Below, piece by piece: positions 27,929 through 36,748 of a DNA stretch of 64,000 nucleotides. The notes under the pieces were generated by a model. The model was not told the origin of the DNA, did not search any database, and was given only the letters and a program-made list of their open reading frames with translations. Every line of letters begins with the position of its first letter. Positions within the stretch are counted from its first letter, which is position 1. The DNA is from a virus, in IMG/VR virus record IMGVR_UViG_3300032770_000019, positions 1-64,000 of that record; one strand, written 5' to 3'. A program made the translations under genes and the position numbers.

Positions 27929-28783
27929 ATGCACAAGCTTTCATTCTTGGCTATTGCTGCGTTTGCGGCACTGGCCACCATCTTCGGCACCGTGGCGGCC
28001 TCCGCCTCGATCATCGGTGACCCGGCGGTGGTTACCGCTAACGGTGAGGCCGGCTACTTTGCCGACATGAACGGTCCGGGTCACTTCACCACGGCTAAGG
28101 ACCAGTTCTACATCCGCAAGGCCGCCGAGCAGATGACCCCGTACTGCAGCAGCTACCCCTGCACGCCGAATCCGAAGTGGAGTGGAATCGGCATCCAGCT
28201 GGGCAACGACTCAAGCAACAATGTGGCGCAGCTTGGTATCGTTCGTAACGGACCGGACTGCGTGGCGAATCAGTTCGAGGTCGGCTGGAGTAACGGAACA
28301 CTCTCGGCAACTACTGGAACGAACACGACGCCACTGAACTCAGGCGGTATCTTGCCGACGTTCCATCCGATGGTTCCCGCTCTGTGCGTTCCGCAGGGCG
28401 ATACGCTCAAGCTGAACCTCACGGAAGTGCATCCCGGAGTGTACGAGGCGTATGCGAAGGACGTAACGCTCGGCATCTCGTCCAGTAAGGGCTTTGCCTC
28501 CCTCGACTTCCCGGACAACGCTGGCTTCGGCGTGGTGCAGGATATCGGTAGCCGGAGTGCTCCCGCCAACAACAAGTACGTTCACTTCGCCTATATCGAC
28601 CTGAGCGACAACATCGGGGCACACAACGACGGCCTGCTGAACTCAGGCGGTGACTGGTCCGTTACCGGAGTGGCGTCCAACCCCGCTGGTAACAGCTCGA
28701 CGCCATACCTCGTTGCACCGTCCGTCCTTACCGGTCAGGGTCATCACTTCGACATCTTCGTCGGTGCCCTGACCGGCGCCTAA
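27929..28783 (+). CDS. secreted beta-rich protein, possibly peptidase G1-like fold
   Basis: Signal peptide ending ASA; AGY, W.G.G, AQLG; GC3-rich; fold call tentative. Confidence 0.65.
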   Translation: MHKLSFLAIAAFAALATIFGTVAASASIIGDPAVVTANGEAGYFADMNGPGHFTTAKDQFYIRKAAEQMTPYCSSYPCTPNPKWSGIGIQLGNDSSNNVAQLGIVRNGPDCVANQFEVGWSNGTLSATTGTNTTPLNSGGILPTFHPMVPALCVPQGDTLKLNLTEVHPGVYEAYAKDVTLGISSSKGFASLDFPDNAGFGVVQDIGSRSAPANNKYVHFAYIDLSDNIGAHNDGLLNSGGDWSVTGVASNPAGNSSTPYLVAPSVLTGQGHHFDIFVGALTGA

Positions 28784-28786
28784 AAA

Positions 28787-28911
28787 GACCCTGCCCGGAC
28801 CCCCGAAGGTAAGCCAGGCCTAGGTAGCTTTTCAGCGACGTTCCGCTGGGGTAGGCTAACAGCTGAGAAGCCGAACGGCCGGCTATCAAGAGTACGGGGT
28901 CTGGGCAGGTC
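28787..28911 (+). ncRNA. candidate rod-like structured RNA
   Basis: Nested stems gaccctgcccggacccccg/cggggtctgggcaggtc, agccaggcc/ggccggct, gcttttcagc/gctgagaagc. Confidence 0.55.
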
Positions 28912-28917
28912 CAGAAC

Positions 28918-28983
28918 CCGAAAAGGCCCTCACGGGGGAACACCCGGTTGACCCCCGCACCGGGAATGTGAGGGCCTTTTCGG
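28918..28983. terminator. 16-bp stem (bidirectional terminator-like) with structured loop
   Basis: ccgaaaaggccctcac / gtgagggccttttcgg. Confidence 0.65.
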
Positions 28984-29003
28984 TCGCTTAACCTAAAAAT
29001 CTT

Positions 29004-29033
29004 TTGACAGGCCTGTAGCAAATCGGCTATACT
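29004..29033 (+). promoter_or_regulatory. promoter TTGACA-GGCCTGTAGCAAATCGGC-TATACT
   Basis: Read directly from sequence. Confidence 0.82.
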
Positions 29034-29194
29034 TGTAGACATGACAGGTGAGTCGCGACGCAGTATACTGCAGTATATCTGCGGGGAGGTATTCACACCG
29101 TTTAGCGAGGTACAACCTGACCCCGTATGGGGTACTCGTGAGAGAGCGACTGGACGGACCTCCCCTGCCACCCTACTAAACGGAGGTGACAACG

Positions 29195-29614
29195 ATGGCT
29201 AGAATGACCCGTGGCGAAGTCATGGCGCTGGCAAGGCAGGCAGCCAAAGCTATGGCGGATCTCGAACGATTGACCGAGCAGTACGGAGAGGACAAGCCTC
29301 CCGGTACGGTTATCCGGTTCCGTAAGCGCTTTCCGTCTCGCAACTGGGATGCATTCCCGACCACCTATGCGCAGCAACAGGTACTGCTGGCAGCTCAGAA
29401 CATGCCGTACACCTACGCTGCCATTCGTGCGGACAACGGTAAGTGGTACGTCACCGGCGTCTCGAAAGCCATATCGAACGAGGGTGTCGAGTGGGAAGAG
29501 CTTCTCGACTTCATGGACGAAGGCGTACCAGCGGAGGGTTTCGAAATCTGGCCCGCCACGAAGGCCGCCATCGAGACCGAAGAAGGTGCCGAAGTTGCCC
29601 CTAACGCTGAGTAG
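29195..29614 (+). CDS. actinophage hypothetical protein
   Basis: GTVIRFRKRF...YTYAAIR...WYVTG...WEEL. Confidence 0.65.
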   Translation: MARMTRGEVMALARQAAKAMADLERLTEQYGEDKPPGTVIRFRKRFPSRNWDAFPTTYAQQQVLLAAQNMPYTYAAIRADNGKWYVTGVSKAISNEGVEWEELLDFMDEGVPAEGFEIWPATKAAIETEEGAEVAPNAE

Positions 29615-29999
29615 ATCGTACGATAGCGTTGGCTATGCCGGACGCCATCTTAGAGTAAAGAGGGTCCGGGGACGTGCTACTCAGCATTCCTGCTTTGCTT
29701 GCGGCGAGCAAGCACGTGACTGGTCGCAGATACACGATACGGACGGACTAGATGTCTATGAAGATTACGTACCGATGTGCCGAAGCTGCCATCGCGACTA
29801 CGATAACGCACATCCACGGGGAGAACGAAATAGCCATTCGAAGCTAACCGAGAGCGACGTTCGAGCTATTAGAGAGAGGCTCCCCGAACCGAAGGGCGTA
29901 CGACACCCGGAATGCATCGCACTTTCCGAAGAGTTCGGCGTCTCGACGGCAACTATCTGGGAGATAGCTACTCGAAGGACGTGGCGCCGTGTCTATTAA
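29595..29999 (+). CDS. HNH-like endonuclease with C-terminal HTH
   Basis: Paralog of 9986 domain; KLTESDVRAIR...LSEEFGVSTATIWEI; start approximate. Confidence 0.65.
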   Translation: MPLTLSRSYDSVGYAGRHLRVKRVRGRATQHSCFACGEQARDWSQIHDTDGLDVYEDYVPMCRSCHRDYDNAHPRGERNSHSKLTESDVRAIRERLPEPKGVRHPECIALSEEFGVSTATIWEIATRRTWRRVY

Positions 30000-31221
30000 A
30001 CTCAGCGACGACCAGCAGAGCGCACTGGATACCATTCTCGACTGGAGCAAGGGTGCAGCGATCGACCCGGACGATCGACCGCACATTATCCGTGGTGCTA
30101 CGCTAACGCTCGGCGGTTACGCAGGCACGGGTAAAACCACCTTGCTCGGACAGTTGCCGCGCTACTTCCCCGGTAAGCATATTCACTTTGCGAGCTATAC
30201 GGGTAAAGCGGTAAGCGTGCTCAAGCAGAAACTGCCCGCTGGTTCGGAGGTGTCCACACTTCACCGTTTGCTTTACCGACCACGACCGCAGAACGTTTGC
30301 AAGCTGACCGGTGAAGTGGTCCTCTACGCCGGAGGTACCTGTCCGAAGCATACGCCAACCGGTGAAGCTCCGGAGGCTAAGGACGGCTGCGAGACGGTAA
30401 AGAAGCTGGAATGGTCTCCGGTGATGAACCCGTTGCACGGTATCGACCTGGTAGTGGTTGACGAAGCCTCGATGGTGAACGATAAGATCTGGACCGACCT
30501 TACCCGCTGGGGTGTCCCCGTACTGGCGGTCGGTGATCACGGTCAGCTACCGCCAATTAAGTCCGAGTTCAACCTGATGGAGAAGCCCGACATCCGACTC
30601 GAGCGAATCCTGCGTCAGGCCGAAGGCTCGCCGATCATTCAGATGTCGATCCAGGCTCGTACGCGAGGCGGAATTCGCAATGGTGATTACGGTCAGGGTT
30701 GCGTAAAGATATCACGAAGCCAGATGATCAACTACGAAATGGACCCCGACAACGGCGACCTGATCATCGTTGGCTATAACCGTACACGTAACGAGCTGAA
30801 CGATGCCATGCGCTCACTACTAGGCCGAAGTGGCACACCGAAGGTCGGTGACATCGTAATCTGCCTACGGAACAACTACGAGGCAGGTATCTTCAACGGC
30901 ATGCGGGGTCGTATCAAGGAAATCGAAATCGCTAAGGACGACACGGCATTCGCTACCATCGGAATGATGGACGAAGGCTTCGACTTCACTGGCGAGATAT
31001 ACCTACCGCAATTCAGACAACCGAAAACGCAACAGCAAGTGGGTCGCTGGTTGTCTCTGTTCGATTACGGCTACGCTATGACGTGCCACAAGGCGCAAGG
31101 CTCACAGGCCGATCGCGTCATGGTAATCGAAGAATACCTGCCGCAAAGCGACCCGAAGCGCTGGCTATACACCGCAGTAACCCGAGCAGCCAAGGAGTTG
31201 ATCGTAGTTGGACAACGGTAA
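29989..31221 (+). CDS. RecD/Dda-like SF1 helicase
   Basis: GYAGTGKTT, VDEASM, GDHGQLPP, TCHKAQGS, YTAVTRA. Confidence 0.9.
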   Translation: MSIKLSDDQQSALDTILDWSKGAAIDPDDRPHIIRGATLTLGGYAGTGKTTLLGQLPRYFPGKHIHFASYTGKAVSVLKQKLPAGSEVSTLHRLLYRPRPQNVCKLTGEVVLYAGGTCPKHTPTGEAPEAKDGCETVKKLEWSPVMNPLHGIDLVVVDEASMVNDKIWTDLTRWGVPVLAVGDHGQLPPIKSEFNLMEKPDIRLERILRQAEGSPIIQMSIQARTRGGIRNGDYGQGCVKISRSQMINYEMDPDNGDLIIVGYNRTRNELNDAMRSLLGRSGTPKVGDIVICLRNNYEAGIFNGMRGRIKEIEIAKDDTAFATIGMMDEGFDFTGEIYLPQFRQPKTQQQVGRWLSLFDYGYAMTCHKAQGSQADRVMVIEEYLPQSDPKRWLYTAVTRAAKELIVVGQR

Positions 31222-31390
31222 AGTACGCACACGCATTACTCTAGAATGCGATCATACATATTCGCATCCGGGACCGCCTAACGAAATCGAACGAGTTACT
31301 GAAGCGCATAAAGAACCGAAAGTACTATGTCCGACGTGCAGAGTGTCGCTGCGAATAGTAAACACGCAGATAGTAGTTAAAAAGAGGTGA
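31208..31390 (+). CDS. small Zn-binding protein
   Basis: LECDH...CPTC. Confidence 0.45.
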   Translation: MDNGKVRTRITLECDHTYSHPGPPNEIERVTEAHKEPKVLCPTCRVSLRIVNTQIVVKKR

Positions 31391-31396
31391 CCAGCA

Positions 31397-32218
31397 GTGG
31401 GTAGATATCAGGACACGATCGAGTTCCTCGAAGTCGATCGCATTCACGCCAATCCCGACAACCCGCGCAAGGAAGCCGGCGACGTAACCGACCTAGCTAA
31501 CTCGATCGAAGAGATCGGCATGGTACAACCGGTCTCCGTTCGTGGCGATAGCCGCTTCGGTACCGGTCACTACATTCTCGATTCGGGTCTCCGTCGCTGG
31601 ACGGCAGCGAGACTAGCCGGTACCGCAAAGATACCCGCACGAATCTACATGATGTCTCCCGGTGAGGACCCCGTAGAGCGTACCTTGCTCGTAGGCCTTT
31701 CCGACGTTCACAGCGAAGAGCTTAACCCGATGGAAAAGGCTTTCGCGTTTGCTCGCCTCCGTGACCTGACGGACCCGCCTCGTCCCCAAAACGATATTGG
31801 TCGGCTGTGTGGTGTTACCGGAGCAACGGTGAGCTACTACCTGTCACTACTCGAGCTCTCGGTTAAGACGCAGGAAGCCGTAGCTAACGGCAGAGTTAGC
31901 GTAGAGCTTGCCGTTAAGTCAGTACGCCAGGAGCGAGCACGTAAGCGACGCAAGAAAGGGCATAAGCCGTCCACCGCTGGGTGGGAACCGGACGCGTTTA
32001 ACGAAAAGCACTTCCTGTCACGCAAAGCCAAAGCGCTGTGCGACTCGCGAGGCCATTCGAATAGGCGTCGCCATGGCGGTGCATGTCACGGCTGCTGGGA
32101 GACCACTATCCGCATGGACGAGGCAAAGGTACAGCAGATCGCATGGCGTGAGCAAGGCTACGACCTTCCGTACCAAGACCCGGCAACTAACCTGCTAAGG
32201 AGTGCACTGACGCCATGA
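31397..32218 (+). CDS. ParB/Spo0J-like protein with HTH
   Basis: NPDNPRK, GMVQPVSV, GLRRWTAA, LNPMEKA, HTH. Confidence 0.8.
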   Translation: MGRYQDTIEFLEVDRIHANPDNPRKEAGDVTDLANSIEEIGMVQPVSVRGDSRFGTGHYILDSGLRRWTAARLAGTAKIPARIYMMSPGEDPVERTLLVGLSDVHSEELNPMEKAFAFARLRDLTDPPRPQNDIGRLCGVTGATVSYYLSLLELSVKTQEAVANGRVSVELAVKSVRQERARKRRKKGHKPSTAGWEPDAFNEKHFLSRKAKALCDSRGHSNRRRHGGACHGCWETTIRMDEAKVQQIAWREQGYDLPYQDPATNLLRSALTP

Positions 32219-32439
32219 CATTCGAATACCCAGCGGAAGTAGTGTTCGAACGCGCAGAAGCTCTCCGAACACTTGACAGGGAGCGCACAGCACTACAAGC
32301 ACACATCGCAGCGGACCACGAAGTGCTAAAGCGTATCTGGGACCTGCACCGTAGTGATAACTTCCTAAGTCCGTACTGTACCGGCTGCGAGCTCGCATGG
32401 CCTTGCCCGACCATTAGAGCGTTCGATGCCGCAATTTGA
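32215..32439 (+). CDS. hypothetical protein
   Basis: LH...CTGC..WPCPTIRA. Confidence 0.6.
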   Translation: MTFEYPAEVVFERAEALRTLDRERTALQAHIAADHEVLKRIWDLHRSDNFLSPYCTGCELAWPCPTIRAFDAAI

Positions 32440-32740
32440 CGAGCGCCATTGCCTTCAATATGCCCTCGTCTTCGGCTTGCAGTATCCGTACGCTCCGGCG
32501 GTATACGGTACCGAAGGTATGTCCGACCACGAAATCCTCCGCTGGCTACAAAGCCACTGCGATAACCTTTCGCCGTCCGCTCAGTACAAGCTTAAGCATA
32601 GCGATCTTAAAGGCGGTTCGCCGATACCTGGCGTCTCTATCGTACGACATAACAAGTGTATAGTCTGCGGTACGGATTCGCCCTGTGCGAAGCGAATCGT
32701 TGAACGTAGCAACTTCTGGAGGAAGGTGTTCGGTCGATGA
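32426..32740 (+). CDS. hypothetical protein
   Basis: ORF track; operon packing. Confidence 0.45.
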   Translation: MPQFDERHCLQYALVFGLQYPYAPAVYGTEGMSDHEILRWLQSHCDNLSPSAQYKLKHSDLKGGSPIPGVSIVRHNKCIVCGTDSPCAKRIVERSNFWRKVFGR

Positions 32741-33012
32741 GAATAGATGAAGAAATCGGCGTAAGTTACCGGCAGATCGACTGGTGGACGCGTCAGGGGT
32801 ATCTTAACGTAACCGGTAACGGCAGTGGGACGATGCGCAACTTCACCAACGTCGAAAAGGAAGTTGCTCGCTTGATGGGCCGCCTTGTTCGTGTCGGCTT
32901 TGCACCGAAGTCAGCCGCCGGTATTGCCCGTGTCGCAGTGGAGGAACATGCAAGTACCCTCGACCTGGGTGACAATATCGAATTGCAGATCGGTGCACCA
33001 GTTACTGTCTGA
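32737..33012 (+). CDS. MerR-type HTH protein
   Basis: GVSYRQIDWWTRQGYL...GSGTMRNF. Confidence 0.75.
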   Translation: MRIDEEIGVSYRQIDWWTRQGYLNVTGNGSGTMRNFTNVEKEVARLMGRLVRVGFAPKSAAGIARVAVEEHASTLDLGDNIELQIGAPVTV

Positions 33013-33123
33013 CCGGCTACACAAGTACTGCAGCTGTCAGACCGGGAGCGTGTCAATGTGACCAAGTCGGTGACAGGCACCGTCCTGAGCACCTGAGGAA
33101 TTTTAGCCAAACCCGTAGGTGCT

Positions 33124-33789
33124 GTGGTTGGACCCATGATGACCCTGCCCCACCCAAAACTGAAAGGTACTACATTGACAGAGTTCGGCAAGGAATTTCG
33201 CCGTACTACATTGACAGAGTTCGGCAAGGAATTTCGCCAGAGAATGCACGACGAGCAGGACGTTGACCAGCGGGCATTCCGTGATCTCGACATACCGGTG
33301 TTTCGAACGGTACCGTATTCGGTTCCGCTGGGCAGGCGTTACGTATACGATAATCGCACACCGCAGATTAAGATGTCGGACTACAACTACGTGCCGGTGC
33401 TAAAGCAGCTAACGCAAGATAGCATACTCATCGAGTGGGACATTGCATATACGAAGGAAGCCCTAGAGACCTTTATCGAGTACTGCAAAGACCAGCCGCA
33501 AATCGTACACGTTGCACCGTATAAGCTTTACCCGATAAGCACTGCACTTGAAAAGCCGGTATGGGTACATCGTACCTATGAGCCAATGTGGTGGGTCAAT
33601 CGCTACGACCCGTACTGTCAGCTATTCGGTTTCGGCTTTGTCTACCTCCCGCTGGATGCCGTTCACGCTTTCCTCGAAACTAAGCCTGAAAAGGCTGACG
33701 ATGCACGATTCTCGAAATGGTACTGGGAAACGTACAAGACAGCAACACCGATACACTGGAACGTCGAAATCATTCACTTGCATTGGTAG
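33124..33789 (+). CDS. possible GT-A-like glycosyltransferase (start uncertain)
   Basis: ILIEWDIA (DxD-like), VAPY, GFGFVYLP, IHLH; weak. Confidence 0.45.
   Translation: MVGPMMTLPHPKLKGTTLTEFGKEFRRTTLTEFGKEFRQRMHDEQDVDQRAFRDLDIPVFRTVPYSVPLGRRYVYDNRTPQIKMSDYNYVPVLKQLTQDSILIEWDIAYTKEALETFIEYCKDQPQIVHVAPYKLYPISTALEKPVWVHRTYEPMWWVNRYDPYCQLFGFGFVYLPLDAVHAFLETKPEKADDARFSKWYWETYKTATPIHWNVEIIHLHW
33167..33238 (+). repeat. perfect 36-bp tandem duplication
   Basis: gtactacattgacagagttcggcaaggaatttcgcc x2. Confidence 0.95.
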
Positions 33790-33798
33790 GAGCAGCTA

Positions 33799-34002
33799 AT
33801 GTCGCCGGAGATGGAAAGCATCAGCAGAGTACGCTCGCTGGTTAGCTGGCTGCGGAAGACCGGAAAGCAACCGACCAGCTACCCGAAGCTTAGTGCGATG
33901 ACCGAGACCGAAGTACGCGAAGCGAAGTACTTCGCCAGCGGAATCTATCCGATGCCTGTCCGCTGGACGCGTAGGCTTTTTGAGCTTGCAAGGCAGGACT
34001 AA
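33799..34002 (+). CDS. hypothetical protein
   Basis: SD AGGAG. Confidence 0.5.
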   Translation: MSPEMESISRVRSLVSWLRKTGKQPTSYPKLSAMTETEVREAKYFASGIYPMPVRWTRRLFELARQD

Positions 34003-34033
34003 TTCTGCTAAACTCAAAGGGAGAGGTGACCCG

Positions 34034-34390
34034 ATGGGAAAACGGTTTAGCGGTACGAAATCAGGTGGTTCACGAACTAGTATCGGCGTTGCGGTAACGC
34101 TTGATTACGCTGAAACGCGAGACATGCGTGAACGCCTACTGCACAAGCGAGGAGCCGGTATTGCGCCCGGACATCAGCCAAACGGCTTCCCGCACTTCAG
34201 TAGCTCAAAGCACCACCGTTGCCTATGCCTCAATAGATGCTGTCTCGGACCGGCCGGCTGCATCTGCCCCGACTGTCCGTGTACTGTGCAAACGGTAGAA
34301 ACGTGCTTCGCGTGCGGTGACCCAGCGACGAATCGCGTACAAGGCGAATGGCTATGTAGCCCCTGCAAGAAGGAGTTCGAAAGTGAATAG
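34034..34390 (+). CDS. Cys-rich hypothetical protein
   Basis: SD GAGGTGA; CLCLNRCC...CICPDCPC. Confidence 0.55.
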   Translation: MGKRFSGTKSGGSRTSIGVAVTLDYAETRDMRERLLHKRGAGIAPGHQPNGFPHFSSSKHHRCLCLNRCCLGPAGCICPDCPCTVQTVETCFACGDPATNRVQGEWLCSPCKKEFESE

Positions 34391-34531
34391 TAAAAATATC
34401 CCGATACTAATTCTTCCGAAGATTTCGGACGATCTAAATGCCGAACTCCCGGAAGCCGTCGCTGAGCTAATTCTACCTAACCGGGAGGTAAAAAATGAGA
34501 CACGTAAGACCGCCTTCGGGTCGGCAATCTG

Positions 34532-35398
34532 ATGACAACGCCACCGAGAGTAACAAAACCGAAGCCACCTGTAAAGTCGCCTTCCGAAGCGGCACCGGAG
34601 AATGGTGCCAGTGCTGGTACTACTGCACCCGATACCACGTCCAGCTCAGCGGCCCCGTGGAGTCCGGTCAGTAAGGTCGCACACTTCCAAGGCCTCTCGC
34701 TGGCCTTGTTCGGTCCACCGGGGGTCGGTAAAACGACACTCCTGGCTACTGCACCGGACCTGCTTCTCGTTAACTTCGATCCGGACCTTACCTCGCTGCA
34801 AGATCGCGATGACGTAATGACGTGGCCCGGTGAAAAGCAAGGCGGTGTCGTAAAGAGCTGGCAGCAGATCAGTGCGTTTAGTGCGCAAATGCTACGCAGA
34901 AAGCATCCGTTCAAGACGGTAGCGTTCGACACGATTAACGGTATGTACGACCTGGCATACCAGAACGTAACGGAAAGAGGCAGTCCGAACCGCGATGGTA
35001 GGCAGATTTTCGGAGAGGCTAACGACCTGGTTCTCGGCATTGTCAAGGACTGGTGCATGGCAGCACGCGAGACCGGTATCAACGTTGTCTTCTCAGCGCA
35101 CAGCGAAGAAAAGCAGGACGGAGAAAACGGTCCCCTTGTGCTTCGCATGTCTATCACGCCAGGTGTCGTCAAAGGCACTTACCAGCGGGTCAGCAATGTC
35201 GGCTGTCTGCTGGAGCTCCCGGGAGTCGGACGGCACCGTAAGCTGTACCTTCATAACACCGCAAAAATCGTCGCAAAGGTGCATCAGCCGAAATCCGGAC
35301 CGCAACTCCCGCTGGAAATCGTCGATCCCGACCTCGGCAAGATGATCGACCACATTAAAGGCGTCAAGCCATACCCGAAGCCGGAGGTAAAGAAGTGA
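34532..35398 (+). CDS. AAA ATPase, Sak4-like
   Basis: FGPPGVGKTT, TVAFDTI, VVFSAH. Confidence 0.8.
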   Translation: MTTPPRVTKPKPPVKSPSEAAPENGASAGTTAPDTTSSSAAPWSPVSKVAHFQGLSLALFGPPGVGKTTLLATAPDLLLVNFDPDLTSLQDRDDVMTWPGEKQGGVVKSWQQISAFSAQMLRRKHPFKTVAFDTINGMYDLAYQNVTERGSPNRDGRQIFGEANDLVLGIVKDWCMAARETGINVVFSAHSEEKQDGENGPLVLRMSITPGVVKGTYQRVSNVGCLLELPGVGRHRKLYLHNTAKIVAKVHQPKSGPQLPLEIVDPDLGKMIDHIKGVKPYPKPEVKK

Positions 35399-35607
35399 TT
35401 CTTAAGCTACTTCAACGCATTTCGCCACGCCCCTGTCAGCTCTGCGGACGGAAGTACGGCGTACGCCGTAACTACATAAGGCTATGGAACGGTACGCGCT
35501 TTACTCTTTGCATCTCCTGCGTATACCGCACCGGCCTTGCTACCGTCATTGACGAAGTCAGTAGAAACATCGTCGCACGCTATCAGGACGCAGAATGCCC
35601 TTCCTAA
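35395..35607 (+). CDS. small Zn-finger protein
   Basis: CQLC...CISC. Confidence 0.45.
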   Translation: MILKLLQRISPRPCQLCGRKYGVRRNYIRLWNGTRFTLCISCVYRTGLATVIDEVSRNIVARYQDAECPS

Positions 35608-36155
35608 TTGCAGCTATAGCCATACTCGTAATCGTAGCTGTCGTTCTCTACGTTCGTAAGCGTCCGGAGCCGTTTACGGGTATCAATCCCGCAATGCTGG
35701 AGGAGAAGAACGCAGAGATAACTGAGCTGCGACAGCAGCTAGAACAAGCTAATCTTCGGACGTTTCGTATACAAGACGAAGCCGCACTCGCGCTGAAAGA
35801 AGAACGTCACCGCCTACAACTGGAATGGGCGGAGACAAAGCGAGCCGATCGAAAGGCGAGTAATGAACGCTCACGGTCCGCACTGGTTGCGAAAATTGCG
35901 GAACATATGGCACCTTTCCTCCCCGGCTTCGCGTTCAATCCGAAAGACGCTAGACATATCGGAGAGCTCATTGACTTCATCGTATACGATGGCTTGGAAG
36001 ATGGCGAAATACGCGAGGTGGTATTTCTAGAGGTAAAGACACGACGCACCGGTCGAGTATCGAACCCTCGCGAAAGGCTTCTTAAAGAAGCTATCGATGC
36101 TGGAAGGGTTAGTTACCGGGTGTTCGTACCCGAAGTAATACGTAAGCAGTCTTGA
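35595..36155 (+). CDS. archaeal-type Holliday-junction-resolvase-like nuclease with N-terminal TM
   Basis: EHMAPF..F..NPKDARHIG..IDFIVYDG...FLEVKT. Confidence 0.75.
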   Translation: MPFLIAAIAILVIVAVVLYVRKRPEPFTGINPAMLEEKNAEITELRQQLEQANLRTFRIQDEAALALKEERHRLQLEWAETKRADRKASNERSRSALVAKIAEHMAPFLPGFAFNPKDARHIGELIDFIVYDGLEDGEIREVVFLEVKTRRTGRVSNPRERLLKEAIDAGRVSYRVFVPEVIRKQS

Positions 36156-36181
36156 CACATTCGTAGTGGCTGATATATGCT
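36152..36181 (+). promoter_or_regulatory. promoter TTGACA-N18-TATGCT
   Basis: Read directly from sequence. Confidence 0.7.
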
Positions 36182-36230
36182 ATAGGTACGGGCAAATGAC
36201 CCGCCCGACAAGGGTCAAAGGAGGATCCCC

Positions 36231-36662
36231 ATGCCGGTTACCGTTGACCTCACTGGCGTTACCGCCGGTGGACCGGAACCGTGGGAAGCCGGAAACTACC
36301 CGGCTATCATCACGAAGGCGGAAATCAAGCCGTCAAGGAGCTCAGGAGAGGACGCGCTTTACCTCGACCTGGCAATGACCAAGGAAAGCGAGGACGGAGA
36401 GGACCCCGAAGAGCGTACGCTCCGCTGGAATACGTCCATGCAGACTAAGCAGCTCGGGCGTTTCAAGCAGCTGCTTATCCGACTCGGATTCGAGTTCCCG
36501 GAGGAAGGAGCATTCGAGTTCGACGAGCAAGACCTGGTCGGTCAGGAGTGCGTGGCTAGGCTTACGCTAGAGCCGCACTATCGCGACCCGGAGCGTATGA
36601 CGAACAAGGTAGCCGAAATTCTCGGCACCGACACCGATGGACAAGGAGACTGGGGCGGATGA
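36231..36662 (+). CDS. DUF669-like ssDNA-binding protein
   Basis: AGNYPAIITKAE...DLVGQEC; acidic C-terminus; near Sak4. Confidence 0.7.
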   Translation: MPVTVDLTGVTAGGPEPWEAGNYPAIITKAEIKPSRSSGEDALYLDLAMTKESEDGEDPEERTLRWNTSMQTKQLGRFKQLLIRLGFEFPEEGAFEFDEQDLVGQECVARLTLEPHYRDPERMTNKVAEILGTDTDGQGDWGG

Positions 36663-36748
36663 ACAGCGGTAGTAGCGGCAGTAACGTGGACGCGATGTAC
36701 ACGGGCAACACGAATCCGTTCCTGGTGCGCGTGAAGGTTAGCTAACCT

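Noticed and set aside
33167-33238. 36-bp repeat as a CRISPR array
   Set aside because: Only two directly adjacent copies with no spacer; the Cas4-like nuclease is a common stand-alone phage gene.
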